Source: Mobula hypostoma (taxonomy: Eukaryota). From it: a DNA stretch of 64,000 nt. The DNA lies in NCBI RefSeq assembly GCF_963921235.1, contig NC_086097.1, positions 31,374,001-31,438,000 on the forward strand. Reading direction: 5' to 3'. Made by a program: the position numbers and the translations under genes. Below the pieces are notes generated by a model. It worked only from the letters and a program-made list of their open reading frames with translations. It did no database searches and had not been told where the DNA came from. Below, in pieces: positions 26,185-39,390 of the stretch (position 1 is the stretch's first letter; each line of letters opens with the position of its first letter).

Positions 26185-26757
26185 GTATACATTGGGAGTT
26201 TCCAAAACTGATTGGGAGATTGCTTTGTTGAGCACCTTCACTCCACCTGCCACAATAGGAGAGATTTCTCAGTAGCCACTCATTTTATTCTACCCTCCAC
26301 TCCCATTCTACTATGTTGGTCCTTGGCCTCGTTTACCGCCAAGATGAGTCGGCTCTGAGGTTGGAACAGCAACAGCTCATATTCCACCTGGGTAGCCTCC
26401 AACCCGACCACGTGAACGTTGATTTCTCTAACATCCGGTCATTTCTTCCCCTCCCCCTTCTTTTTGCATTCCCCAGTCTGGCTCCCCTCTTGCCCCCTTC
26501 CCCTTACCTGTCCATCAACTCCTCTAGTTCCCCGCCTTCTTCCCTTGTCCACTGTCCTCTAATAAGATTCCTCCTTCTTCTTCAGCCCTTTACCTCTTCC
26601 AGCTATCACGAACCAGTTTCTCCCTCCCTCCCTCATTCTGGCTTCTTCCCCTTTTCTTTCCTGATGAAGGATCTCGGTCCAAAATGTCAATGTTTATTCC
26701 TCTCCAGAAGATGCTACCTGACCAGCTGAGTTACTCCAGCAGTTTGACAGTGTTGCT
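26185..26757 (+). mobile_element. Old Penelope-like element 3' fragment
   Basis: LRLEQQQLIFHLGSLQPDHVNVDFSN (end of GIY-YIG domain), plus pLTR with decayed hammerhead at about 26659-26692. Confidence 0.8.
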
Positions 26758-29700
26758 CAAGGAAAATACTTCTACCCTTTACACTTTAACTGGCCAATTT
26801 GGCTGTATAAGTTATCTACAGGCAACAAAAACTCTGTTTTTCTCTCTAGACAGATACTGCCCAAGCCAAACACTCCTTTTGGTTTCAGGACAGGCTAATC
26901 TTCAGTTGCTGGCTCCTGTCTACCTACCTTAACTAGAGGCAGGACGAACTTGAGTAGAACCCCTCTGAGCAGTGGCTAAGGAGAGACCTGATAAAGATTT
27001 TTTTAAATTATGCAAGGTGTACGGTAGATAGGGTAGACAGCCAGAATCTTTACCCTAGTATAGAAGTATGAAATACTAGAGGATACGTGTTCCAGGTAGT
27101 TTAAAGGCAACATGTGGTGAATTTTTGGTAAGCAGGGGCAGATGCCTGAAACAGGTTACCAGGGATAGTAGTGGAAAATTAGGCAGAGCTTGAGGCTTTT
27201 AGATAGACATAAAAGTATGAAGAGATTGGAGGGGTATGGATGATACACAGGAAATATAAATTTAGTGTAAACTAGAATCAGTATCAGCACAACACCATGA
27301 GTCAAATGGCCTGTCCAGTGAGATCTGATTAATCAGATGAGTCCACAATCACCTGGGAAACCCAGTCCCCACCCCGACAGCAATAATCCCTTTGTCCAAC
27401 CCCTTCTTCCCCCATTGTGTTTGCAACTTAAAACAGTTAAAATTTGTCAACCATATCTTTACTTCCTCACTTCCTCAAGTTCTGACGAAGGACCTTTGAC
27501 CTGAAATATCTGTTTCTCTTTCCAGTTGCTGTTGGACCTGCTAAGTGCTTCCAACATACAAGCATTTGAAAAAGGAAAAGGAATACGCCACTTGACCCAA
27601 ATCTGTTCTGTTATTTGAATAATCACTGACTTCACCACATCTAAATCAGTGAAACTAAATGATTGAACTCTGCATTCACTACCCCAGTCACCTTTCACCT
27701 CCTCGCTTATCAAGAATCCATCTATACCTTAAAACATTCAATGATTCTGTTCCTCAAAAGAGAGCTGGAAAGGAGTATAAAGACCCTCCAAGATAGAATA
27801 AAAATTTCACATCAGTCATAAAAATCGATCATCGACAGTATTAAAAGCATGGGAGATCCATTACCTTTAAGCACCATTATAGTTCTAAATCCTCCCACAG
27901 GAAGAAATATCCTCTTCACATCCACAGCATTGAGATCCCTCAAGATCTTACAAGATCTTGCCATCGTCTCCTTTCCACTCATCTCAACTGTAGTGGATAA
28001 AATCCAGCCCAAAAAAGAAACCTTCCCAATAAGGCACAGGCACGTGGATAGAAAGGGTCTGTCCTGGAGTGATGTAGGCCAAACGCAGGAAAATGAGACT
28101 AAATCAGATAGACATGTTGGTCGGTATAGACGAGTTGACCCAAATGACATGTTTCGGTGCTGAACATTCCAGGTATTATCCAGATTCAGATTTACTTATC
28201 ACGTGTACATACACTGAAAGGTGGCGTGAAATGCATTGTTTGTCTTAACATCCAACACATCCAAGGATGTGCTGAGGGCAGCCCACAAGTGTCATCACAC
28301 ATTACAGTGCCAACATAACATGCCCACAATGTTCAACACAGCAAAAGAACAAAACAAGCCCCTTTCTCACACACAGGCCTCCACTCCCAGGTAAGACCTC
28401 TTCCAGGCCTCCAGCCCTTAGCCCTAGACTCCCAAACTTGCAGACATTGGTCCTCCAACCTACAGTCTCTGGCTCAGACTCCTAATATATCTGAACCACT
28501 TCTAATGTATCAACTTGCTTCATCAAAAAAAATGACCTACGTGCGGTGTTCACACTGCATTCCAATGTGCTTCTCACAATTGCCTTTTAAAACAGAGGTA
28601 CAATCTTCTTACTTTTTGTGTTCAATTCCCCTAATAATTAGTGAATTGTTAACATTCCTAAATACCTCCTCCACTTAGATACCAGCCTTTGCAAACTATG
28701 CACAGAGATCCTTATCCCTCTGCTTCCTCTCACTAGAGATATTTATCGGTTTTTTCTTCCAGAAGTATCAAGGTACAATGAAGAACTTTGCTTTTACCAG
28801 TCACCCATATAGATAATTTCAGTCCAACAGTGCATCGATGTAGCACAAAGGAAAGACTAACAGAATGTAGAATAAAGTGTTGCAGTTACAGAGAAAGTGC
28901 AGTGCAAGAAGACAATAAAGTTCAAGCCCAAAACAAGGTAGATTATACATTAAAGTGGACAATAGTCCTATAATAGTGGCTTAGAAGCTGCACTTGAGCC
29001 TATTGGAACATGCTTTAGGCTTTTGGCTAATAGGAGGGAGAAGTAGCAAGATTGCCCAGAGTGGATGGGGTTTTTTTTTGATTATGCTGTCTGCTTTACT
29101 GAGGCAGTGAGAAGTGCAGGCAGGGACAATGGAGGGGAGGCTGGTTTCCATGATGTGATGAGCTGTGTCCACTCTCTGCAGTTCCTTGTAGTCTCAGGCA
29201 GAACAGCTGCCATACCAAGCCATGATGTGTCCAGATAGGATGATTTCTGTGGTGCATCAATAAAACTTGGTGAGGGCCAAAGGGTCATGCCAAGTTAATC
29301 AGCCTCCTAAGACAACAGAAGCACTGGTGAGCTTTCCGGCCGTGACATCTATGTGGTTGGAACAGGACTGGCAGTTGATGTTCACACTTAGGGATTTATA
29401 GCTTTCGATCCACTCTACCTCAGTATTGTTGATGTAAACAGGAACATGTGCACTGCCTGCCCCCCCACCATGCATCCCTCTTTCATGAAGTCAATAACCA
29501 GGTTTTTTGTTTTACAGATTTTGAGGTCATAAATTGTGTTACTTTCCCTACTGAAAATAATAACTTCACCTTTCAACACATATTCTATTTTCCTCCTCTT
29601 GCCCATTGACTACACTTATTCAGTTCCCTCTGTAGCTTCCCATGTCCTTTCCACAACATACTTTTCTACTTGTCATCAGCAAATTTGTCAACCATATCTT

Positions 29701-30852
29701 TAGCTCCTTCATCCAAGTCATTTATAAATTTTATTAACGAGATTGCAGCACTAGTCCCTGTGGCATAACATTCATTCAAATATAAAATTCAATCACATTA
29801 TGATCACAGCTACCTGGGGTGGATTTTGCAATAAGGTCATTAATTAATCCCATTTTTATTCCACAATACAAAGCCTTCTATTCTCAGAAATTATGCTGGA
29901 AACACTTAACAATCCTGACCTGGAAACTTTGTATTCTGTCTTTAAATATTAGCCATTGCTTGTTTGATCTGCTTTATTGTAGTTTACCAAACTACCGTAG
30001 TAAATTCACTTCTCATGAGAAATCAGCAGCAGGCCACTCAGCCCTTCAAGACTGGCCTGCCATTCAACAAGATCATGCAGATCTGCTTCACCTCCTCTTC
30101 TGCGCTACTTCTCCATCGCCAATTCCCAATCTTTCTAAAGTTTATCTACTTTCTCTTCCAGCCTCAGATTAGAGGGATGTCCATTTAGAACAGAGACAAG
30201 AAGGAATTTCTTAGCAAGAGGGTGGTGAAACTGGAAGCCATTGGAATGGACTGCTGTGAAGGCCAAGTCATTGAGTATATTTAAAGTGGAGGTTGACAGG
30301 TTCTTGGTTAGTTGGGGAATCAAAGGTTACAGGGAGAGGCAGGGCTGTTTTCCTCCCACAGTCCAAAGACGTCCTGGTAGGTAGATTAATTGGTCGTTGT
30401 AAATTGTCCCGTGATTAGGCTAGGGTTAAATCAGGGGATTGCCGGGCATCGCAGTTTAAAGGGCCTACTCCATGCTGTATTGTAATTAGTTAAGTTAGAC
30501 AAATGGGGTTGAGAGGGATAATAAATCAATCATGATGGAATAGCAGAGGAGATCAGATTGGCTGAGTGATCTAGTTCTGCTCCTATGTCTTATGGTCTTA
30601 AATGCCCCAGTGATCCAACTCCCATGCCCCACTGGGTGAAGAATCACTGAGATTCACAACCCTTTGCAAAAAGCTGTTCCTGCAGTTTATGGTGATTCTT
30701 CCAACAGCACCTTCATATTTTACTTCATTCAAGTTAAGACCAATGTTTTAGATTGAAACTTTCAATTCCTATATAACATTCCACCATAAGACACAAGAGC
30801 AGAATTAGGCCATTCAGCCCATCAAATCTGTTTCTAATGCAAGACAACATGA

Positions 30853-31402
30853 GCAACACACACACACACACACACACACAGTACTAGAGGAACTCAGCAG
30901 GTCAGATATCATCAATGGAGAAAAATGCACAGACAACATTTTGGCCTCAGACCTTTCATCATATGGAAAGGAAGGGGGAAGAATCCAGAATATTATGGGG
31001 AGGGGGACTGAAGTAAGAATCTGGAAGGTGATAGGTGGAAGGTGTAAAGGACTGAAGGAGGGATCTAATAGGAGATGACAATGGACCATGGAAGAACAGG
31101 AAGAGAGGAAAGGAACTGAGGGAGGTGAAGAACAGGTGAGAAGGGGTAAGCGGGGAACCAGAATGGGGAATGGAAAATGAGGCAAGTGGGGGGAGGGGGG
31201 AGGTATTGGAAGTTGGAGAAATCAATGTTAATGCCATCAGGTTGGAGACTACCAGACAGAATACAAGATATTGCTCCTCCAACCTGAGTATGGACTCACA
31301 TGGCAACAGAGGCAGCCATGGACCAACATGTAGGAATGGGAGTGGAAAGTGGAATTAAAATTGGTGGCCACCAGGAGATCCTACCTTTGTGGTAGACAAA
31401 GC
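30853..31402 (-). mobile_element. Old Penelope-like element 3' fragment
   Basis: ILRLEEQYLVFCLV.. followed by pLTR; (CA)n expansion at 30857-30880. Confidence 0.78.
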
Positions 31403-33547
31403 TACCAGATCAATTAACCCTTTCTAGTATTAGGCTAATGCTAGACCCAAATTAGCCTGCTCTCACACAGGCTCCTCAGCATCCTGAAGTATAATATAAT
31501 ACCATTTGTTCCTTGACCAACTGCTGGCCTGGTTGACAAATAGGATTAATTACTCCAGGATTATTGTACTAACCTTGTTAGATACTTCACTCATCTCCTG
31601 ATCTGCCCTATGCCCTGTATTACAGTCATGGTTTGGAAGACCACTAACAACTCCCAACAGTCCTTACTAACTACTATTGCTTCATACCTCCAACCAAACC
31701 AATGCTGCCTCTTGATTTTCTATATTTTGCCTTAATCTCATCTTTTAAAATCACTCCATCATCTCCTTCATTTTGCATAATTCTTCAGAAAGTATATTGG
31801 GAAACAAAGAGAGATGGTTATTGACTTTGGATGATCAATGGAGGTGCACATGTTCCTGTGACATCAACAGCTTGAGAGGGTTAAGAGCTTCAGGTTTCCA
31901 GGTTTGAACATCACCAATCACCTGTCCCGGTCAAAACAGGTTGATGCCAAGGCCAAGAAGTTCACCAATGCCTTTGCATCTAGGAGGCTACAGAAATTTG
32001 ACACGTTCCCATCAACTCTTACCAAATTTTCAGAATCTATTATCAAACAGAAAGTATTCTGTCTGGATGTATAAAGGTTTGGTATGAGCATCGCTCTGCA
32101 CAGGACCGCAAGAAACTGCAGAGTTGTGGACACAGCTCAGCACAGGAACCAGCCTCCCCTCCACGGATTCTGTCCATGGAGCAGGTGTTAGAATTCATAA
32201 CATAAGCACGTGGTTTAGAGGAAAGTAGAAGGCTGTGTAGGACGTAAGGGTTAAGTTGATCTTAGAATACGTTAAAAGGTCGGCAGAACATCATGGGCCA
32301 AAGGGCCAGTACTGTGCTATAATGTTCTAAGACTTACTGAATTCCTCCAGGACTGTGTGTTGCCCAAGGTTTCCAGCATCTGCAAAATCTCATGTTGATT
32401 GTTTACTTATCTGCCTGAGCACCAAATAAAATGAGATCAGCGTTGATATGTTTATTAATTCACTAACACTGAGGAAACAGACACCTTTGTTGGTGTCTGA
32501 GACTCACTATTAAAAGCAGCAACATTACCTCATGCTAAGCTGAGCTGAGACTCATTTAGTATACTACCAACAGAAGGTGCCAAATCGGTAATACTCCACT
32601 TTAGACAATTTACAACTATCACACAACAATCTCATGACCATGTTCGTGAATACTTAATGAGATCTTCTCTTAATAGCAGCCAAACGTTCCACAAAGGTTC
32701 CCAATTTCGTAGCTGAACCCTTCCTCAGGGTAGTTTGGTAGTCAGATAGTTGGGGCTCTTTGCGCTACACTCCCATTCTTTCTCATCTATTGTAAAATCG
32801 ACCATCACCATCCACAGTCCAGCTTTGACCACACCTCACACCCCCAGCTCCCCCAAATGAAACTGGAAGGTCACCATGTCTTTCAGAACATCCCAAAGCA
32901 ATTACAGGAGTTTAGCAGCATGTCACTAGAGGTCAAGCCTGCTAATCTAGGACCTTGACCTTGACCTTGATAGCACTGATGATTATTCTGGCTGCGTTTA
33001 CCTAGGCAAGTGAAGAGTATACCATCACAGTCCTGGACATGGGATGTGTATATTTTTAATTGTGTCAGGAGTTGTGTGTCCCTTACCACATATATCCAGC
33101 TGCTCTTGTAACCAAATATCAGTAGAAGTGCTACATTAAGGTTTAAAGATTTTTTTAAAAATTAGCTTTGTTATGTGTATATCACAACATACAGTGAAAA
33201 GCATCATGCGTCAACAACCAACACAGTCTAAGGATGTGCTGGGGCAGCCCACAAGTGTCGCCATTCTTCCACCGACAACACAGCATGCTCCCAACTCACT
33301 AACCCCAACTCGTACATCTTTGGAACGTGGGAGGAAAGCAGAGTACCAAGAGGAAACACACGGTCACAGGGAGAACAGACAATCTCCTTGCAGACAGTGA
33401 TGGGAATGGAACTCAGACTGGTGATTACAAACACTGTAAAGTGATGTGTTAATTGCTATGCTACCATGCTGTTTCCCTCCATTCTCCGAATATTGATGTT
33501 GAACAGCAAGTGTAAAGCCACTGAATATCACATCTAGACATCTTGTC

Positions 33548-33700
33548 AACACAAGAGATTCTGCAGGTACTGAAAATACAGAACAATACACACAAAATGC
33601 TGGAGGAACTCAGCAAGTCAGATAGCAGCTACGGAAAGGAATAAACAGTTGACATTTCAGGCCAAGACCCTTCATCAGGACTGGAAAGGAAGGGAGGAAA
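33548..33700 (-). mobile_element. Penelope pLTR fragment with near-intact hammerhead (33646-33683)
   Basis: Minus strand: CAGTC CTGATGA AGGGTCTTGGCCT GAAAT GTC AACTG. Confidence 0.72.
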
Positions 33701-34473
33701 AAATCATATTATGAGAGGCATTGATAAGAGTAGGCAGCCGATGTCTCTTCCCAAAAACTCCTTCCCACCAGGGTCACTGCCTGGCACTTTTGCAAAGCTT
33801 CTTTATTCTAAACCCAGGAGAAGGACGTTTTAATCCACTGAGTCCATCCCACCTCCAATGGAAGACTGTCCATCCACCCATACTCTTTTACCTTTATTTC
33901 CCTGCTGCCTTGCAACTTATTCTCTTATGCTATTCTAATCACCATTTTACAGTAAGGATGTGGGGGGCTTTGATGAGGGTGCAAAAGAGGTTTATCAGGA
34001 TATCCCCTGGATTAAAGGATATGTGTTCTTGTGAGATTGGATAAAATTGTGTTGTTTTCACTAGAGCAGTGGCAGCTGAGGGGAGACCTGACAGAGGTTT
34101 ATAAAATTATGGAGAGGCATCCATAAGAGTAGGCAGCTGATCTCTTCCCTCAACGCCATGAAACCACCCCCCCCCAAGATCAAAATGTCGAATACCAGAA
34201 GGAATAGATTTGAGGTAGGCATAGCATATTCAAAGGAGATGTCCGAGGCAAGTTAGAGTCAGAGAGTAAGCTCATTGAGCTCATACCTAGTCCCCATTCA
34301 CCTGCACCTGGACCACAGCCCTCCACACCCCCCATCCAAACTTTTCTTAAATGTTGCACTTGTTCCACACTCACACCACTCTGAGTGAAGAGACTCCCCC
34401 TCAGGTTCCTCTAAAAATTTCACCAGTCACCCAACCACAGTGGAAAAAGCCTACTTGCAATTTACTCTATCTG

Positions 34474-35345
34474 CGAGGGGTGATTGATAAGTTTGCGGCC
34501 TAAGGTAGAAGGAGTCAATTTTAGAAAACCTGGCACATTTACTTTTCAACATAGTCCCCTCCTACATTTACACACTTAGTCCAGCGGTCATGGAGCATAC
34601 GGATCCCTTCTTTGTAGAAGTGGTCCACAGCAGGGGTGATTGATAAGTTCGTGGCCTAAGGTAGAAGGAGATGAGTTTTTAACTTCAAACTTTCTGCATT
34701 TTCACTCAGAGTTGAACTGCACATGCATGTAACGAGAGCATCTTGGACCTCCAGAAAGTGGTCCACAGCAGGGGTGATTGATAAGTTTGTGGCCTTAGGT
34801 AGAAGGAGACGAGTTATACAGCTCTCGTCACGTGCACGTGCAGTTCAACTCTGGGTGAAAATGCAGAAAGTTTGAAGTTAATAACTCATCTCCTTCTACC
34901 TTAGGCCACAAACTTATCAATCACCCCTGCTGTGGACCACTTTCTGGAAGTCCAAGACACCGACTTCTACAAAGAAGGGATCCATATGCTCCACGACCAC
35001 TGGACTAAGTGTGGAAATGTACGAAAGATAAATGTAAACACAGGAATTCTGCAGATGCTGGAAATTCAAGCAACATACATCAAAGTTGCTGGTGAACGCA
35101 GCAGGCCAAGCAGCATCTATAGGAAGAGGCGCAGTCGACGTTTCAGGCCGAGACCCTTCGTCAGGTAGTCCTACCTGACGAAGGGTCTCGGCCTGAAACG
35201 TCGACTGCGCCTCTTCCTATAGATGCTGCTTGGCCTGCTGCGTTCACCAGCAACTTTGATGTATGTTGGTTGAAAAATAAATGTGCTAGGTTTTCTAAAA
35301 TTGACTCTTTCTACCTTAGGCCATGAACTTATCAATCACCCCTCA
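34474..35345. mobile_element. Mariner-derived palindromic MITE with internal TIR copies
   Basis: TIR cgaggggtgattgataagttt..cctaaggtagaaggag at both ends and three internal copies; both arms carry the mariner transposase C-terminus (FYKEGIRMLHDRWTKCVNVGGDYVEK* on minus; FYKEGIHMLHDHWTKC on plus). Confidence 0.88.
35036..35271. mobile_element. Palindromic Penelope pLTR insertion with two back-to-back hammerhead cores
   Basis: Perfect 98-bp inverted arms (35071-35168 / 35171-35268) with 2-nt spacer; flanked by gaaagataaatgt / gaaaaataaatgt (12/13). Confidence 0.9.
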
Positions 35346-37920
35346 TAATTCTGTATACCTCAATCAAATCTCCCCTCCAGGGAATAAAGTCCTAACCTAT
35401 TTTACCTTTCCCTATAACTCAGGTCCTCAGCTTTGTATTTAAGAAACACTAAGTAGTGAGTGTCTGCCATATGATGCCAGGATAGATAGCATACAAGAGT
35501 CTCTTAGGTACATGAACATGCAGGCAATAGTAGCATATAGGAATCATGTAGGCAAAAAGTATCAGTTTAGCCAGGCATTTAATTATTAGTTAAATTAGTT
35601 CATCACAACATGGTGGGAAAAGAGTCCTTTAATGTGGTGTACTGTTCTACGTTCATCCAGGAGCAAAACTGAGGTGGGCTGTGTAGCAGCGCTGAAGGTG
35701 TTTAACACAAGATCACGAGGAAAAAGAAAGATACATCAGTGTGGAATAGGATGGGGAAGGATTATGGAGTATGAACACTGACAGAATGAGCAACTCCTGA
35801 ATGAGAAGGCCAATACTCCATAAAGATCAGGGAATGAGGGCTATTTGGAATTGGCACAGCAGACGGTGTCAATTGGGGCACAGCAGCTGCAATACAGAAA
35901 ATAGTGGAAAGACTTGAGGGGCCAAGTGGCCTACTCTTGCTCCAATTTCAAAGTTGTGTTTGTTGTTATATGCACGTCCATGTCTGCACAGGTGTAATGA
36001 GAAAGTTACCTGAAGGAGTATCAGATAAACAGCATAAGGAAAAAATCTAGTTAAACATATTATACACAATATTTAAAAAAACACAATCAGAACAAAAAAA
36101 ATTATTGTAGTGCAAAGTGATCGAAGTGTTATTAGTGCTCCTAAGCTATAGAAATTTGGGTTTTTGCCGGTTGGTTCAAGAACTAAATGGTTGAAGGGAA
36201 GTAACTGTTCCTAAACATGCTGATGTAGGACTTCAGGCTTCTGTACCTCCTGCACGATGGAAGTTGCAAGAAGATGGTGGGATCTTGGATGACAGATGTT
36301 GCTTTCTTGAGACAGCACCTCCTGCGTATACTATCAAGGTGGGGGGGGGGAGAGAAGGGATGGGCCCATGACTTATTGGACTGAGTTCACTACTTTCTGC
36401 ATTTCTTACATTCCTGCACATTTGAATTACCGTACCAGACTGATGCTACTAGTGTTATTTTGACTCTTCTAAACATGGAGTTCTCATTTGTTTTGTATGA
36501 CTCAGCACTACCTTAATTTCCCAGGTCTATGTGAACTTTAAGATTAAAACATCGCATCACAACACCAAGATATACAGTGAAATGTGTTGTTTGTATTAAC
36601 AACCAACAGTCAGAGAATATGCTGGAGGCAGCCCACAAGTGTCACCATGCTTCCAGCACTAACATAGCATGCCAACATGTAGAAGGAAACCGGAGCAGTC
36701 ACAGGGAGAATGTACAAACTCCTTGCAGAAAGCAGCAGAATTGAACCTGTGTCGTTGGCACTACCGTGCCACCCCAAAATAAACTCAAAATCCCATCTGA
36801 TGAAAAAGGCATTTAAATCTTGGATTATTCAAAATACTTTTAAGGGATTTATGTTTGTTCACCTTAGAAGCCGGAAACATTTCTATTAATTTTCCTAACC
36901 ACAATCTTTAGTTGCTCTAATGAAATGCACCTCTCACATCCCTGTACGCTACCCTTCCTTGTTACATCAGTAAGCTGCTCTATGGTTTTTCTACAACAGA
37001 AGGCAAAGCACTTCACAGAACCATGTATTGTATCTTTGAATGCAGGAAAACAAAACTAACCACACGCTGAGACTTGAGGAGAGAGATTAGGGGAGCAATA
37101 CCCAACCCTCTTAATTGGATGATTTTGCTAACCAGCTCCACACCCAACCACACCTGCCTTTTCAAAAGCTAAGCACACAGACTGGTCTCAACACCAGTTC
37201 CCGGGATACCCAAGAATACATTTTATGCAGCTCCTTTTGAAGTCTGCATCACATCCCTTCTGGAAAGCACAATAGGGCTACCAAAACAAGTAACTTCATG
37301 CCATCTTAAAGGTTTCTTCCCCCAGGCAGTCGATCTGATCAACCATTCTAGTTAGCTCCCCCTCTCTCTTTCTGTCTATTACCCCTATCACTGCACCGTA
37401 GACACTTTATGGTGATGGCCAAAGATGGTTAACTACTGCCCGTCTCCTTTAAACCTTCATCCCTTTTCATCAGCCTCCTATCATCTGCCACATTACACCA
37501 GAGCCTCTTCCTTAATATTCATTCAAAAAGATGCCCACCTAACAGGATGATATTTACCACATGCTGCTTCCTCTATTTTGTACTTTCTTTTAATATATTC
37601 TTATTGTAACTTATAATACTTTTATATGTATTTCACTGTACTGCTGCCACAAAACAACATTTCAGTGATGATAAACCTGATTCTGATTCTCTGACCAAGA
37701 TTCCACTCCCCACTCCAACCCTGCAAAAGATCAGCTCTCCAACCACCCTCAGAACTATCCCCCTGATAGAGTGTCATTCATCCAGTACTGAACTGCAATA
37801 AGCCCAGATGAGGTGGTCAGGCTCAAGAAAACCAGAACACTCATTTAGCTCTGCAGGGTATTCTTTGTTCTTCATTTAACAAAGAAAGACTTTGTACTTG
37901 ACTTGAAAGGAATATACTAT

Positions 37921-37936
37921 GGGTCACTTCAGTTCA
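37921..37936 (+). promoter_or_regulatory. DR4 nuclear-receptor element (LXR/TR-type), putative
   Basis: GGGTCA cttc AGTTCA in non-repetitive sequence. Confidence 0.35.
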
Positions 37937-37997
37937 TTGCAGGCAGTTATCAGAAAAGGTAAACAGCAGCCTGGCTAGAGATCTGCTCATGGACACA

Positions 37998-38016
37998 TTC
38001 TGCCACCTGGTGGACA
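37998..38016 (-). promoter_or_regulatory. CTCF binding motif
   Basis: Minus strand TGTCCACCAGGTGGCAGAA closely matches the CTCF core consensus; non-repeat context with CpGs adjacent. Confidence 0.65.
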
Positions 38017-38179
38017 CGTCGTGGAAGCCGCGCTGAGAAATCCTGTCACCTGAGGTTTAGCATTATCCACCTTCACTAAAGATTACTAGGGCTGTCAGGA
38101 GTGGGGGAGGATGACACAGGCATTATACTCAATATATACAAGAACAAGGTTTTCTAATAACCTTCACCCATCAGAAATG

Positions 38180-39390
38180 ATAACTGTATTATCATTTCAG
38201 AGGATCTGTCCTGGGTCAAGAATTACAAAGAAAACATGGCTGCACCTCTACTTCCTTAGAAGATTGTAAAGATTTGGCATGATACAGGTGACCCCCGCTT
38301 TACGGATGTTCGCTTTACGCCACTTCACTTTTACGAAAGACCTACATTAGTACCCGTTTTCGCTAACCAAAAGAGGATTTTTGCTTTTACGAAAAAAAGA
38401 CGCCCGCTTTAAACTTGTGTTTACCCCAAGAAAGACTACCATAACTGTGAAGCCTTGCACGGGCAGGTGTGTGCGCATGCGTGTACGTGCCGATTTTTTT
38501 CTACAAGTCTGTTTTGGCTAAATCTTCCCAATTCTGTTAAGTGAAACTACACTGTACATACATTATTTCTACTTCATATAGGCTGTGTATTTATCATATC
38601 ATTCCTGCTTTTACTATATTTTAGTGTTATTTTAGTTTTTATGTGTTGGTAGGTTTTTTTTGGGCCTGGGAACGCTCAAAACTATTTCCCATACAGATTA
38701 ATGGTAATTGCTTCTTTGCTTTATGCCATTTCAGCTTATGAACGGTTTCATAGGAATGCTCTACCTTCGGATAGCGGGGGAAACCTGTATCTAAAATTTT
38801 GAGACTTCTGTATTTGTATGTGGCGGGGAGTAGATTGACTGGTTGCATCATGTCCTGGTATGGAAACAACAATGCCATTGAACAGAAAACCCTACAAAAA
38901 GTAGAGGAAACAGCCACGTCCATCATGGGTAAAGCCCTTCCCACCATTGAGCACATCTATATGGAGTGCTATCACAAGAACGCAGCATCCATCATCAATT
39001 CTTGTTGCTACCATCAGGAAGGTGGTATAGGAGCCTCAGGACCCACATCACCAGTTTAAGGAACAGTTATTACCCCTCAACCATCAGGCTCTTGAACCAG
39101 AGGGGATAACTTCACCTGCCCCATCACTGAAATGTTCCCACAACCTATGACTCACTTGCAAGGACTCTTCATCTCATGTTCTCGATAATTATTGCTTATT
39201 TATTATTATTTTTTTCTTTTGGGTTTACAGTTTTGACTTCTGCGTATTGGTTTTTTTTGTCCGTACTGTTGGGTGTGGTCCTTTAATGATTCAATTGTGT
39301 TTTTTGGTTTTATTGTGTATGCCCACAAAAAAAACGCATCTCACAATTCTATAAGGTGACATAAGTACTTTGATAATACATTTACTTGGG
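38180..39390 (+). mobile_element. Rex1/Babar LINE 3' fragment split by a Tigger MITE
   Basis: LTGCIMSWYGNNNAIEQKTLQKVEETATSIMGKALPTIEHIYMEC. Confidence 0.8.
38285..38787 (+). mobile_element. Tigger/pogo non-autonomous element
   Basis: TIRs caggtgacccccgct / agcgggggaaacctg; TA TSD; ends match those of 55919-57591. Confidence 0.9.

Noticed and set aside
32951..32970. (TGACCT)n tandem nuclear-receptor half-sites
   Set aside because: Probably a slippage repeat at the edge of an old LINE remnant
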